Shown: in pieces, positions 26,271 through 53,410 of the stretch
Position numbering within the stretch: the first letter of the stretch is position 1
How the letters are laid out: each line of letters opens with the position of its first letter
NCBI GenBank assembly: GCA_051294375.1
Contig: CM119268.1
Span: forward strand, 16,497,074-16,561,073
Origin: Paraspadella gotoi
Lineage: Eukaryota; Animalia; Chaetognatha
Length of the DNA stretch: 64,000 nucleotides
Direction: 5' to 3'
Program-made: the position numbers and the translations under genes
The notes under the pieces: model-generated
Database searches by the model: none
The model's input: the letters and a program-made list of their open reading frames with translations, nothing else
What the model was told of the DNA's origin: nothing

Positions 26271-27203
26271 CAAAGGCCAAAATCTGATGTACGCCACATG
26301 CATTGTCATTAATGTGATCAAAGGACAGATTCTTTTCATATTTCGGGCTTCTGTTTTGAGAATAGGTACTTTTTCCGATCTCTGGTGCCAACTTATACAA
26401 ACTAGTATATTGAGTCATTTTTTTGGAGGGGAGAATAATTATTAGCATTATTATTTGTATTTATGTATGTAATGATGATGACGTCGTAAAACAAGTCGCG
26501 CTTCGTTCGATCCCGTATCGACGAAAACCTGCGATTTTTAGGTTTTTTTCTCGTTTTGTCAAAATTAAAGTAAAATGACCATGGCCAGTCATCTTCCGGA
26601 CAAGTTTACCCATCAAGGTATTGAAAAAATTTAAAAAGAATTGAAATCCCACATAATAATAAGGGTTAAAATCTTCTCTGGTCCGTTTAATGGTCAAAAT
26701 GCTTATAATATTAATGTTAAACACAAAATAGAAAATATGACGCGAAAGAATGTGAGAAGCTTAATTGGACAAATTCGGCTTCTCCCACATAATCAATATC
26801 ATGTTGTGGCGCGTACATTCACAATGAATATTGAAATTTTTTTTTCATTAGAATAAATAAAATTTAAGATCCGTAACGATAAGAAAATTTCGAAATAATG
26901 ATTTTTACCAAATTTAAGAAACGTACAAACGTTTTATTCGAATGCGATACTCTCTTCTTGTTGATTTTCAGTGCATCTCTCCAGATCTCACGATTACTCT
27001 AATTTTAAAATTTCTCATTCAAAAAAAAATCTGCCCCTCCCCACCTCCTTGTACAAACTATTTAGCTCCAAATTCTTCGGTTTTTTCTGTTTTAGTTCTC
27101 TTTCTCTTCTGCTTTGTTGTTGAGTAGAAAGTAATTAGGTCTTAAAATGTTAGCGAAATTTGTTTTTGTTGCAACAACGATTTTATTTGTATTAAAAGAA
27201 AAA

Positions 27204-27243
27204 ACAGACATGTTTCGACTCGTTATGGAGTCTTCATCAGCGC
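27204..27243 (-). ncRNA. Minimal type-I hammerhead ribozyme (Penelope-type), core intact
   Basis: Minus strand reads GCG CTGATGA A GACTC cataac GAGTC GAAAC AT GTC TGT. It has the conserved CUGAUGA and GAAA boxes, a 5-bp stem II, palindromic stem III ACAUGU and a GUC cleavage triplet. Confidence 0.8.
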
Positions 27244-27479
27244 AATTGACATTTTTTGAAAATTTGAGACAAAAAAGAACCATTAAGCTTAATATTTATC
27301 TATGTTGTACATTGTACATTTTAAATAGGGAAACTGGCAACGCGAACAATAAAAAATGTTTATCATTATCAATATCAAATCAAAAGAGCACCTCTTTGAT
27401 TTCAAACGTCGTCGTCATGATGGCAGCAGTGATTGATAAGTAAAAAGAAGAGCAACGGTGTATTCAATTTCGTTATAAG

Positions 27480-27805
27480 ATTGGTACAACTAATATAAAC
27501 TATTTATGAAATTGGTACAACCAATATAAAAATTATCCATTCATTTAATAAATAGGCTATCTTGCCCCTGACTTTGGACAGGCTTTGGTGGTTTAAGGCC
27601 TCCATCACTCTTACAAGATAATGACATAACAGGTCCCTGCAAGCTTTCAATCAAGACTCTTTCACAGTCTCGTTTATTCACTCCCAGAGTACCTGGCTTC
27701 CCTATCAATGAAGTGGTATAATATAAAATAGAAAATAGTGAAAAAAGTAATTTAGCAAATTTTCATAACAATGATCCTGTCATTTAATAAATATCTTTCC
27801 CCTGA
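27480..27805 (-). mobile_element. Twister-ribozyme-containing short repeat (retrozyme-like), ~234-nt monomer plus terminal redundancy
   Basis: The direct repeat TCAGGGG(C/A)AAGATA..TATTTATTAAATGA recurs at 27805 and 27571 on the minus strand. The body is shared with 33925-34222. Confidence 0.75.
27558..27620 (-). ncRNA. Circularly permuted (P5-type) twister ribozyme
   Basis: Minus strand reads TATCTTGT AAGA GT GA TGG AGGCCT TAA AC C AC C AAA G CCTG T CCA AA GT CAGG G GCAAGATA. This maps onto the twister layout (UAA, GA, P4 loop U-NNN-AA-GN) with P4 CCUG/CAGG, T1 CCA/UGG, T2 C-AC/GU-G and P5 UAUCUUGU/GCAAGAUA. Confidence 0.75.
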
Positions 27806-28195
27806 TTAAGACGGGCTATAATAATAACAAGTGGCCACTCTACTTGCATTCCAAATCGTAACTTCTGGATTCTTATACAGACAAAATAAAATTTCCTCAT
27901 CTAAAACCCTTTCAAAGGCTATTATCATATTGCTGCAGCTGCTATATTTTCGTAGAATGATGGAAGAGAGATATTTTCGAGGCATTTTCGAACTCACTGT
28001 ACCAAGTTTAAATATGTTGCCCGACTTTATTCGGATCCGCCTGTTGTTACTAGTATTATATACATAAGAAATGTCCGTCTTCCTGTGATTGGTGATGGGT
28101 CCACTTACTATTACAGTTTTCAATGATTTAAATAAAACAATTTTGCTTCATGTAATATTATCCAAGTTATTTTAAAAATTATACAATTCCGTTAG

Positions 28196-42588
<14,393 letters not shown>

Positions 42589-43366
42589 CGTGGGGGGCGG
42601 GGGTAGGAAAAGGGGGATAGTGGGAAGTGGGAGTGGAGGCGGTGCGTAGGGGTGTTATCGCGGGGGTTCGATTAACTCTGGATGAAATCGCTAACTGAAG
42701 TTAAAAGGGAAACGTCGATACGTTAGCGACAGTTTCGTTGAAATCTTCGAATTTGACGAAGAAGGAAGGATCGAGCAGCGACAACGAAATGTTATATGTT
42801 TTGACTTTTCACTTTTCACAATCCGGAGATTCGGGTGAATCACGCGAAAAATGAAACAACGAAAAAGGATGGAAAAGATGACGACGAAGGAGACGAAGAG
42901 ACGAAAAGTCTTTAAACGTCAAGTGTCTACTGAACAGTTCGTCTGATGAACGATGAACGATCCCTCAACGAGTGATCGCTAAAATCCGAAAACATTGATA
43001 ATATTTAAAGAAAAGGAAATTATTCGCGGAATTTATTTAATTTACCGTTGTATTACAACTTGTAACGCGTTTGTCAGGTGCGTCGTAATTTGAGAAAAAA
43101 ATTAATTAAAACTATAGTGATCATTTAATTCTGTCTACAAATATCAATTTTTTTTTATCTAAAACGTATAAAAATTTAATATTTAACGTAAATTAGTCAT
43201 TGAAAAAAGGTTGTCGCACGTAGCCTCTACTCTCCGTGTTTACCTGTTGTCAAGGTAGATTCTTTACGTCCGGGTCAATATTTGTCAAAAGATCTTTTGT
43301 TTTGATTGTGTTCAAATCCGATTCGAGCGGCCATCTAGCCGGGGTTGCAACAAAAGCGAGATTGTT

Positions 43367-43418
<52 letters not shown>

Positions 43419-44577
43419 AATTTTTTTTATTTTAATGTTTGGATTTTATTACATACATCATAATATTTTTTAAATTCGACTTATGGCTATTAATGAAAAA
43501 GTTCAAACATTTTTTATGTTTTATGCAGAAGAAGACGACTTATCAAATTTTAAATATGTATTAAATAAGTAAATAAAGAAAATAAATTGAAAAAAAATTA
43601 AAGTTNNNNNNNNNNNNNNNNNNNNNNNNNNNNNNNNNNNNNNNNNNNNNNNNNNNNNNNNNNNNNNNNNNNNNNNNNNNNNNNNNNNNNNNNNNNNNNN
43701 NNNNNNNNNNNNNNNNNNNNNNNNNNNNNNNNNNNNNNNNNNNNNNNNNNNNNNNNNNNNNNNNNNNNNNNNNNNNNNNNNNNNNNNNNNNNNNNNNNNN
43801 NNNNNNNNNNNNNNNNNNNNNNNNNNNNNNNNNNNNNNNNNNNNNNNNNNNNNNNNNNNNNNNNNNNNNNNNNNNNNNNNNNNNNNNNNNNNNNNNNNNN
43901 NNNNNNNNNNNNNNNNNNNNNNNNNNNNNNNNNNNNNNNNNNNNNNNNNNNNNNNNNNNNNNNNNNNNNNNNNNNNNNNNNNNNNNNNNNNNNNNNNNNN
44001 NNNNNNNNNNNNNNNNNNNNNNNNNNNNNNNNNNNNNNNNNNNNNNNNNNNNNNNNNNNNNNNNNNNNNNNNNNNNNNNNNNNNNNNNNNNNNNNNNNNN
44101 NNNNNNNNNNNNNNNNNNNNNNNNNNNNNNNNNNNNNNNNNNNNNNNNNNNNNNNNNNNNNNNNNNNNNNNNNNNNNNNNNNNNNNNNNNNNNNNNNNNN
44201 NNNNNNNNNNNNNNNNNNNNNNNNNNNNNNNNNNNNNNNNNNNNNNNNNNNNNNNNNNNNNNNNNNNNNNNNNNNNTAAAGTTCATTACTTCTAAAAAAT
44301 TGTTCACTATCTAATTGGGTCAATACAGGAGCTACTTTGTTTGTACAAAATTGTTTAAAGAAACAAGAAAAAACAGTTTTTAAGTACAAATGATCATTAC
44401 ATCATAGTAAATTACAATGTTTACATTACAACTTTTTAAATCTTATTATATCAAGAGCAATAAAGACTCTCGAACTGCCGACTGAGAAAGAGCACCAACT
44501 TACTTACTATTTTGTTTAGTTACACCCGACTCAATCTAAATTTTTATAGACTGATTCTATTGTATCTGTTATGGTTC

Positions 44578-47500
44578 TCAAGACCAATAACGCCAAAGTT
44601 TAATGTCACTCAGCATAATCATAATGACACCAGGAGATCTATATTTTTCTTTGGTAAAGTAAAAACCATAGCATCTGTAGTCTTTCTCGGGCGAACAGGG
44701 ATGGATTTTAAAACCTGAAGAAGTAAATGATCAATTCATAATTTTATCTTAGCATTTACTTTCTTTTCTGTTCTGATGAAAGATCAAACCCTAACTTTTA
44801 TTTCCGGAATTTTTTAAAGGTTGCGTAAAACTATACTTATAATAATTAATATAAGGAATATGATGTATCACCTTGTATAAGTCATGAGAACCACCAATTG
44901 TACCCCTATGAAGAACATCCCAGTAGGAATTATCGCCACAATTGACGTCGTTGCTCGCGACGAATTGGTAATTAAACTTGTAATGGGATTCGTAGCGTAA
45001 CGAAACCGCAAAACTTTCTGCGGCTGTAAATATAATCGAAAGAGAAAAACAGCAATGGTTGTAAATGACCGCTAGAATTTGGATGACTCAAGTTCTCACT
45101 TACTACCTTATTGCTATGAAATATTTAAATTTTAAGGTACACTGCTCTACTTCGTCCTCATGGCAGAATTTTTTAAAAATTGATTCGGCTTTAGTAGAAT
45201 TAGCCAAAAAGTATGATTATGGTATCAAACAGCGCCTTAAACATGCCGCCTTACCGAATAAACATGCCGCTACCCACCTTCGGAAGCTTAATCCAAATTC
45301 GCTGTGGAACGAAGCTGTCTTCATCGAAATAAGCCGTTCTCCATTCGGCGTCTCTTTCGCCAAGAAACGCTTTGCTTGGTCCCAACGTTGGAATAAAACT
45401 GGTCGTGGCTCCGTAGCTCGCCCCATCGTAAGACAATCGTTTCATGCGAGCCTCTGCCGCCGTAACGTATTGGTTAAATTTATTCATTATTAAAAATAAT
45501 AATTAGTTCAAATAAAGACTTAATTGCCCGCCTGTTTCCATGATTNNNNNNNNNNATAGACTGATTCTATTGTATCTGTTATGGTTCTCAAGACCAATAA
45601 CGCCAAAGTTTAATGTCACTCAGCATAATCATAATGACACCAGGAGATCTATATTTTTCTTTGGTAAAGTAAAAACCATAGCATCTGTAGTCTTTTCTCG
45701 GGCGAACAGGGATGGATTTTAAAACCTGAAGAAGTAAATGATCAATTCATAAATTTTATCTTAGCATTTACTTTCTTTTCTGTTCTGATGAAAGATCAAA
45801 CCCTAACTTTTATTTCCGGAATTTTTTAAAGGTTGCGTAAAACTATACTTATAGATGATTTCTATTGTATCTGTTATGGTTCTCAAGACCAATAACGCCA
45901 AAGTTTAATGTGTCACTCAGCATAATCATAATGACACCCAGGAGATCTATATTTTTCTTTGGTAAAGTAAAAACCAATAGCATCTGTAGTCTTTTTCTCG
46001 GGCGAACAGGAGAGGGATTTTAAAACCTGAAGAAGTAAATGATCAATTCATAATTTTATCTTAGCATTTACTTTCTTTTCTGTTCTGATGAAAGATCAAA
46101 CCCTAACTTTTATTTCCGGAATTTTTTAAAGGTTGCGTAAAACTATACTTATAATAATTAATATAAGGAATATGATGTATCACCTTGTATAAGTCATGAG
46201 AACCACCCAATTGTACCCCTATGAAGAACATCCCAGTAGGAATTATCGCCACAATTGACGTCGTTGCTCGCGACGAATTGGTAATTAAACTTGTAATGGG
46301 ATTCGTAGCGTAACGAAAACCGCAAAACTTTCTGCGGCTGTAATATATATCGACAAGAGAAAAACAGCAATGGTTGTAAATGACCGCTAGAATTTGGATG
46401 ACTCAAGTTCTCACTTACTACCTTATTGACATTGAAATATTTAAATTTTAAGGTACACTGCTCTACTTCGGTCCTCATGCAGAATTTTTTAAAATTGATT
46501 CGGCTTAAGTAGAATTAGCCCCATAAAAAGCAAAATATGATGTATGGTATCAAACAGCGCTTAAACATGCCGCTACCCACCTTCGGAAGCTTAATCCAAA
46601 TTCGCTGTGGAACGAAGCTGTCTTCATCGAAATAAGCCGTTCTCCATTCGGCGTCTCTTTCGCCAAGAAACGCTTTGCTTGGTCCCAACGTTGGAATAAA
46701 ACTGGTCGTGGCTCCGTAGCTCGCTCCCATCGTACAAGACAATCTTTCATGCGAGCTCTTGTGCCGCCGTAACGTATTGGTTAAATTTATATTCATTAAA
46801 AAAATAATATATAGTTCAAATAAAGACTTAATTTCCCCGCTGTTTCCAATGATTCCCACGTCGTCCTTCAACCTCGAAACCTTGTGGTCCAAATTTTTCT
46901 GTTGTTTCTTCAGTTCATTCAGTTCGTCCCGAAGTTTTTTCATTTTTCATTTCCAAGTTTCTCTTCATTTCTTTGTCAGCTGCCGCTTTTTTTCAAAGCT
47001 TCATCGATCTTCGTCTTTAATTGATCGTTCTCGTTTTCCAAGGAAATCTTTGCCTCTGTAATTATAATTTGCCATTGTAACTTTAGTTTAAAGATAGAAA
47101 CAACGCAATCTTTTGAGTTTAAAGTTTATACTCGCATAGTGCATACCTGTTGTTTGTTTTAGTTGCTTCTCCGCCGTTTGTAAGTCCGTTTCTAAATCAT
47201 TTAATAGATTTTTGTAAATGTTCCGTTTTTTCGTAGAGTTTCTTGTTCCTTTTCGCGGATTTTTAATTCGTTTTCACTTTTGACATTTTTCCTTCGAGGA
47301 TCTCATTAGCTATTCGTACGATCTTAAAAATAAAGACGATAATTTGAACATAATTAACTACCAAAATATTTGAATACCTTTTTAAAATTTTATAAACAAG
47401 ATTAACTTGGAAAGAATCTAATTAATATTAAAATTCATGTTTCCACAAAAAGCCTCTAAAATATTTGTTGCATTATAATAACTAAAAAAATAAGTTACTT

Positions 47501-50500
47501 ACTTCATTTCATTTTTCACGTTGGTGATTTCTTGAACCGCCTCGTTCAGCTTCTTCTTGGCATCTTCAGACTCTTGCTGCAGTTGACGGACCTCAGTTTG
47601 GCCTCGTCTATGCTCTTTTTCAATTCAATCTTTTCTGTGTCATTTGCGNNNNNNNNNNNNNNNNNNNNNNNNNCTTATAATAATTAATATAGAGGAATAT
47701 GTGTATCACCCTTGTATAAGTCATGAGAAACCACCAATTGTACCCCTATGAAGAACATCCCAGTAGGAATTAGCGACAATTGACGTCGTTGCTCGCGACG
47801 AATTGGTAATTAAACTTGTAATGGGATTCGTAGCGTAACGAAAACCGCAAAACTTTCTGCGGCTGTAATATAATCGAAAGAGAAAAAACAGCAATGGTTG
47901 TAAATGACCGCTAGAATTTGGATGACTCAATTCTCACTTACTACCTTATTGCTATGAAATATTTAAATTTTAAGGTACAACTGCTCTACTTCGGTCCTCA
48001 TGGCAGAATTTTTTAAAAATTGATTCGGCTTTATTAGAATTAGCCAAAAAGTATGATTGTACAAACAAAAAGCGCCTTAAACATGCCGCTACCCACCTTC
48101 GGAAGCTTAATCCAAATTCGCTGTGGAACGAAGCTGTCTTCATCGAAATAAGCCGTTCTCCATTCGGCGTCTCTTTCGCCAAGAAACGCTTTGCTTGGTC
48201 CCAACGTTGGAATAAACTGGTCGTGGCTCCGTAGCTCGCCCCATCGTAAGAACAATCGTTTCATGCGAGCCTCTGCCGCCGGTAACGTATTGGTTCAATT
48301 TATTCATATATTAAAAAATAATAATTAGTTCAAATAAAGACTTAATTCCCCGCTGTTTCCATGATTCCCACGTCGTCCTTCAACCTCGAAACCTTGTGGT
48401 CCAATTTTTCTGTTGTTTCTTCAGTTCATTTCAGTTCGTCCCGAAGTTTTTCATTTTCATTTCCAAGTTTCTCTTCATTTCTTTGTCAGCTGCCGCTTTT
48501 TTCAAAGCTTCATCGATCTTCGTCTTTAATTGATCGTTCTCGGTTTTCCAAGGAAATCTTTGCCTCTGTAATTATAATTTGCCATTGTAACTTTAGTTTA
48601 AAGATAGAACAAACGCAATCTTTTGAGTTTAAAGTTTATAACTGCATAGTGCATACCTGTTGTTTGTTTTAGTTGCTTCTCTCCGCCGTTTGTAAGTCCG
48701 TTTCTAATCATTTAATAGATTTTTGTAAATGTTCCGTTTGTTTCGTAGAGTTTCTTGTTCCTTTTCGCGGATTTTTAATTCGTTTTTCACTTTTGACATT
48801 TTTCCTTCGAGGATCTCATTAGCTATTCGTACGATCTTAAAAATAAAGACGATAATTTGAACATAATTAACTACCAAAATATTTGAATACCTTTTTAAAA
48901 TTTTATAAACAAGATTAACTTGGAAAGAATCTAATTAATATTAAAATTCATGTTTCCACAAAAGCCTCTAAAATATTTGTTGCATTATATAAACTAAAAA
49001 AATAAGATTACTTACTTCATTTCATTTTTCACGTTGGTGATTTCTTGAACCGCCTCGTTCAGCTTTCTTCTTGGCATCTTCGACCCTGCGTTGACGGACT
49101 CCACGTTTGGCCTCGTCTATGCTCTTTTTCACTTCTGTGCATTGCTGCGATTCTCTTGTCAACTTTCATTTTCATTTTCCAGAGTCTCCTTCTCTGGACA
49201 CCTCTTCTATTCTTGAGTATTATAATTTCTCCTTAATTTGATATAGTAATCGTTACACATTCTTCGAGTTGCGCAAGCTCCCTGGTCAAATTTTGATTGG
49301 CTTGATCAATGCTTGCCAAACTGCTTGGTCGCATCCGTGATTTTTCTTGCCCCGTTGTCTTGTTCTCGTCAGAGCTTCGCGGACTGTGATCGATTCGTTG
49401 AGTCGCTTTCTCGAGATCGACTGAAAATAACAGTTTTATTAAATATCTTATCGGCCGCTTTGTACAATGTGTATCAACACTCTGGACAATTGTACATCTT
49501 TCGGTAACGATTAAATCCCCATACGATTCCTCCGAGCGGGGCCGCTCACTTTGCATCTGGAAGGTAACTAACACAGCACAACATGCTTTGGCAACGTAGA
49601 GGGAATCCGACCTGGAACTTTGGGGGGGTTTAAGACCCTCCAAGGAAGGATGTCCCAGAGATCGAACCCAGCATCGGAACAACTAATTGAAGGGCTTTGT
49701 TTCTATTACCCTTTATTTATCTTCTTTTTCATATATTTTTAATCATTTCTTTCTTCAAATTGGCTTTTACCTATTTTCTCTTTATCTTCTGTTGACCCAA
49801 TGGGTAAATCCGATATACCTTCAAGACTTCGTCCAACTTTTTCGAATTAGTTTCGCTTTCTCCAAATTTTCTTCGTATCCGTCGCTACGGCATCATGAAC
49901 TTTCTTTTTCGAAGGATCTGAAAGTAAGTTTCATGAAAAAAAATAAAAATTTTCGCCTTTGAATTTTCAAGGCGACAGCATTTTCCCGTTTTTTCGCTAA
50001 CTTGATCGATGCCAGAATGGCAGCTTTTCGATCTCTTTCGACAGACAGACCCGAGTAGCATCCCCTCGCCGGGACCTTCGGGCGATACCAGCCTTGACGC
50101 GGGACGCTGTGGCAGAGATGCCAAAGACCCAGAAAGGACACAAAGAATTGAGCCGCGTGCATCGCCATTTCGTTGAGAGAAATTTTCTGTTTTTTCCTCT
50201 GAAATCTTTTCCATTCCTTCGACCCCTCAGCTGACTGATTCTCACGTCTTTGTAATTTTTTTTTAAAAAAAAATGCCAGAACCGGATGATAAGATACAAG
50301 TTTGTTAAATTGTCAAATTGTTTGATTAATAGTCCTCAAAAAGCTCAATCTAATTTAATCTATTTCTACGTATTACAGTTAGTAATTATATTTAATTTTT
50401 CTTTCAGAATTATTATTCTTAGCTTTTTGTTTTAGCCACAAGCGGAAGGGGGGCGACGATATCTGGCGACTAGAGTTTCGTCTATACAGCCCTCCATAAA

Positions 50501-50518
50501 TCCGGACGCGAAAAGAGG

Positions 50519-50577
<59 letters not shown>

Positions 50578-52312
50578 TTTTCTCCTGCAACTTTTCATTT
50601 TCCTTTTCCAGAGTCTCTTTCTTTTCCGTGACTATCTCTGTCTTATTCTTGAGTATTTTAATATTCTCCTTATACTTTGATATAGTATCGTTACACATTC
50701 TTTCGAGTTGCGCAAGCTCCCTGGTCAAATTTTGATTGGCTTGATCCAAGCTTGCCAACTGCTTGGTCGCATCCGTGATTTCTTGCCCGAGTTCTTTGTT
50801 TTCTCGTTGCAGAGCTTCGCGGACTGTGATCGATTCGTTGAGTCGCTTCTCGAGATCGACTGAAAATAACAGTTTTATAAATATCTTACGGCCGCTTGTA
50901 CAATGTGTATCAACATCTGGACAATTTGTACATCTTTCGGTAACGATTAAATCCCCATACGATTTCCGAGCCGGGGCCGCTCACTTTTGCATCTGGATCG
51001 GTAACTAACACTAGCACAATCATGCTTTGGCAACGTAGAGGGAATCCGACTGGAACTTTGGGGGGGGGGTTTAAGACCCTCCAAGGAAGGATTCCCAGAG
51101 ATCGAACCCCAGCTCGGAACAACTAATTGAAGGGCTTTTGTTTTTTTGCTATTACCCTTTATTTATCTTTTTTTTCATATATTTTTTATCATTTCTTTCT
51201 TCAAATTGGCTTTTACCTATTTTCTCTTTATCTTCTGTTGACCCAATGGGTAAATCCGATATAACCTTCAAGACTTCGTCCAACTTTTTCGAATTAGTTT
51301 TCGCTTTCTCCAAAATTTTCTTCGTATCGTCGCTACGGCATCCATGACTTTCTTTTCGAAGGATCNNNNNNNNNNNNNNNNNNNNNNNNNNNNNNNNNNN
51401 NNNNNNNNNNNNNNNNNNNNNNNNNNNNNNNNNNNNNNNNNNNNNNNNNNNNNNNNNNNNNNNNNNNNNNNNNNNNNNNNNNNNNNNNNNNNNNNNNNNN
51501 NNNNNNNNNNNNNNNNNNNNNNNNNNNNNNNNNNNNNNNNNNNNNNNNNNNNNNNNNNNNNNNNNNNNNNNNNNNNNNNNNNNNNNNNNNNNNNNNNNNN
51601 NNNNNNNNNNNNNNNNNNNNNNNNNNNNNNNNNNNNNNNNNNNNNNNNNNNNNNNNNNNNNNNNNNNNNNNNNNNNNNNNNNNNNNNNNNNNNNNNNNNN
51701 NNNNNNNNNNNNNNNNNNNNNNNNNNNNNNNNNNNNNNNNNNNNNNNNNNNNNNNNNNNNNNNNNNNNNNNNNNNNNNNNNNNNNNNNNNNNNNNNNNNN
51801 NNNNNNNNNNNNNNNNNNNNNNNNNNNNNNNNNNNNNNNNNNNNNNNNNNNNNNNNNNNNNNNNNNNNNNNNNNNNNNNNNNNNNNNNNNNNNNNNNNNN
51901 NNNNNNNNNNNNNNNNNNNNNNNNNNNNNNNNNNNNNNNNNNNNNNNNNNNNNNNNNNNNNNNNNNNNNNNNNNNNNNNNNNNNNNNNNNNNNNNNNNNN
52001 NNNNNNNNNNNNNNNNNNNNNNNNNNNNNNNNNNNNNNNNNNNNNNNNNNNNNNNNNNNNNNNNNNTGAAAGTAAGTTTCATGAAAAAAAATAAAAATTT
52101 TCGCCTTGAAATTTTCAAGGCGACAGCATTTTCCGTTTTTTCGCTAACTTGATCGATGCCAGAATGCAGCTTTTCGATCTCCTTCGACAGACAGACCGAG
52201 TAGCATCCCTCGCGGGACCTTCGGGCGAATACCAGCCTTGACGCGGGACGCTGTGGCAGAGATGCCAAAGACCCAGAAAGGACACAAAGAATTGAGCCGC
52301 GTGCATCGCCAT
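44578..52312 (-). CDS. Putative secreted coiled-coil protein with a C-terminal F5/8C (discoidin)-like domain; 2-3 overlapping, indel-ridden copies
   Basis: Signal-peptide-like start MAMHAAQFFVSFLGLWHLCHS (ATG at 50168 and 52312). Heptad-rich exons include LTRELAQLE.., EKLRDELNELKKQQKNLDHKVSRLKDD. C-terminal exons read AFLGERDAEWRT..PQRIWIKLPK/PQKVLRFSLRY..QFVASND..WDVL/..YRCYGF..LSDIKLWRYWS* (stop 44578). Copies differ mainly by homopolymer indels. Confidence 0.55.
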
Positions 52313-52654
52313 TTCGTTGAGAGAAATTTCTGTTTTTTCCTCTGAAACTTTTCCATTCCTTCGACCCTCAGCTGACTGATTCTCAGTCTTTGTAATTTTT
52401 TTTTTAAAAAAATTGCCAGAACCGGATGATAAGATACAAGTTTGTTAAATTGTCAAATGTTTGATTAATAGTCCTCAAAAAGCTCAATCTAATTCTATCT
52501 ATTTCTACGTATTAACAGTTAGTAATATATTAATTTTTTCTTTCAGAATTATTATTCTTAGCTTTGTTTTAGCCACAGCGGGAAGGGGGGCGACGATATC
52601 TGGCGACTAGAGTTTCGTCGTATCAGCCTCCATAAATCCCGGACGGAAAAGAGG

Positions 52655-52715
<61 letters not shown>

Positions 52716-53307
52716 AGAGAAGAGAGAGAGAGAGAGGAATAGAAATTTCATTGTATAAACAAGGAAAAAGAAAATCAAATAAAAGATTAAGGAGGAAAAG
52801 GAACAAAAAGTCGGAAACGATTTCCTTGGTTCCGACGAGAACGGAGAGAAAGTCGCCGCGATTATAATGGAAAATAGAATTTTTTAAAGAAATGTATTAA
52901 TAAAAAAAAAGATAATTTAGGCAAATACGGAGTAAAAAAAAAATTAGGAGGGGGGGAATGAGCTGGGGGTTGCTAAGCAAGTGGTTGCGACGGTCTTCTT
53001 TGGGCTAATTTAAAATTATTTTCATTTTTATATTCTCTAACAGTCAGTTGAGAGAACTTCTAGTTTTCAACCTTTTCCGGCCTAGTATAGTATAGTATAG
53101 GAATTGAAGAGATAATTAGGAAGATTACTACGTGTTATATAGAAAAAAGGAAATAGATTGTAATAATTAACGACACGAGGACTCCTTTGGCGAGAGTCGA
53201 TAATTGTTCCTTTGTTTATTTTTCGGGGTTTTTTTTTTTTTGGTTTAAATTTGCTATAATTGAGCTCATTAGTCCATAAATANNNNNNNNNNNNNNNNNN
53301 NNNNNNN

Positions 53308-53410
53308 GCGTGTCGGCGCGTCGCCAATCGACTTCTTCGCATCCATCCGACCAATCAAAAAGCCTCCGCCGGCCACGCCCCTTTCTTGGCTCGAGACTCG
53401 CTCCCTCTTC
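53308..53410. promoter_or_regulatory. GC-rich promoter-like patch (two CCAAT boxes and a CCACGCCC box)
   Basis: CCAATC at ~53324 and ~53352 and GGCCACGCCCC at 53371 sit in an AT-rich background. The associated gene is not identified. Confidence 0.3.

Noticed and set aside
45556-46150. Local tandem repeats of the last exon of the coiled-coil gene as a biological exon amplification
   Set aside because: Copies start at an N gap and differ only by homopolymer-type indels, consistent with gap-filling by noisy reads.
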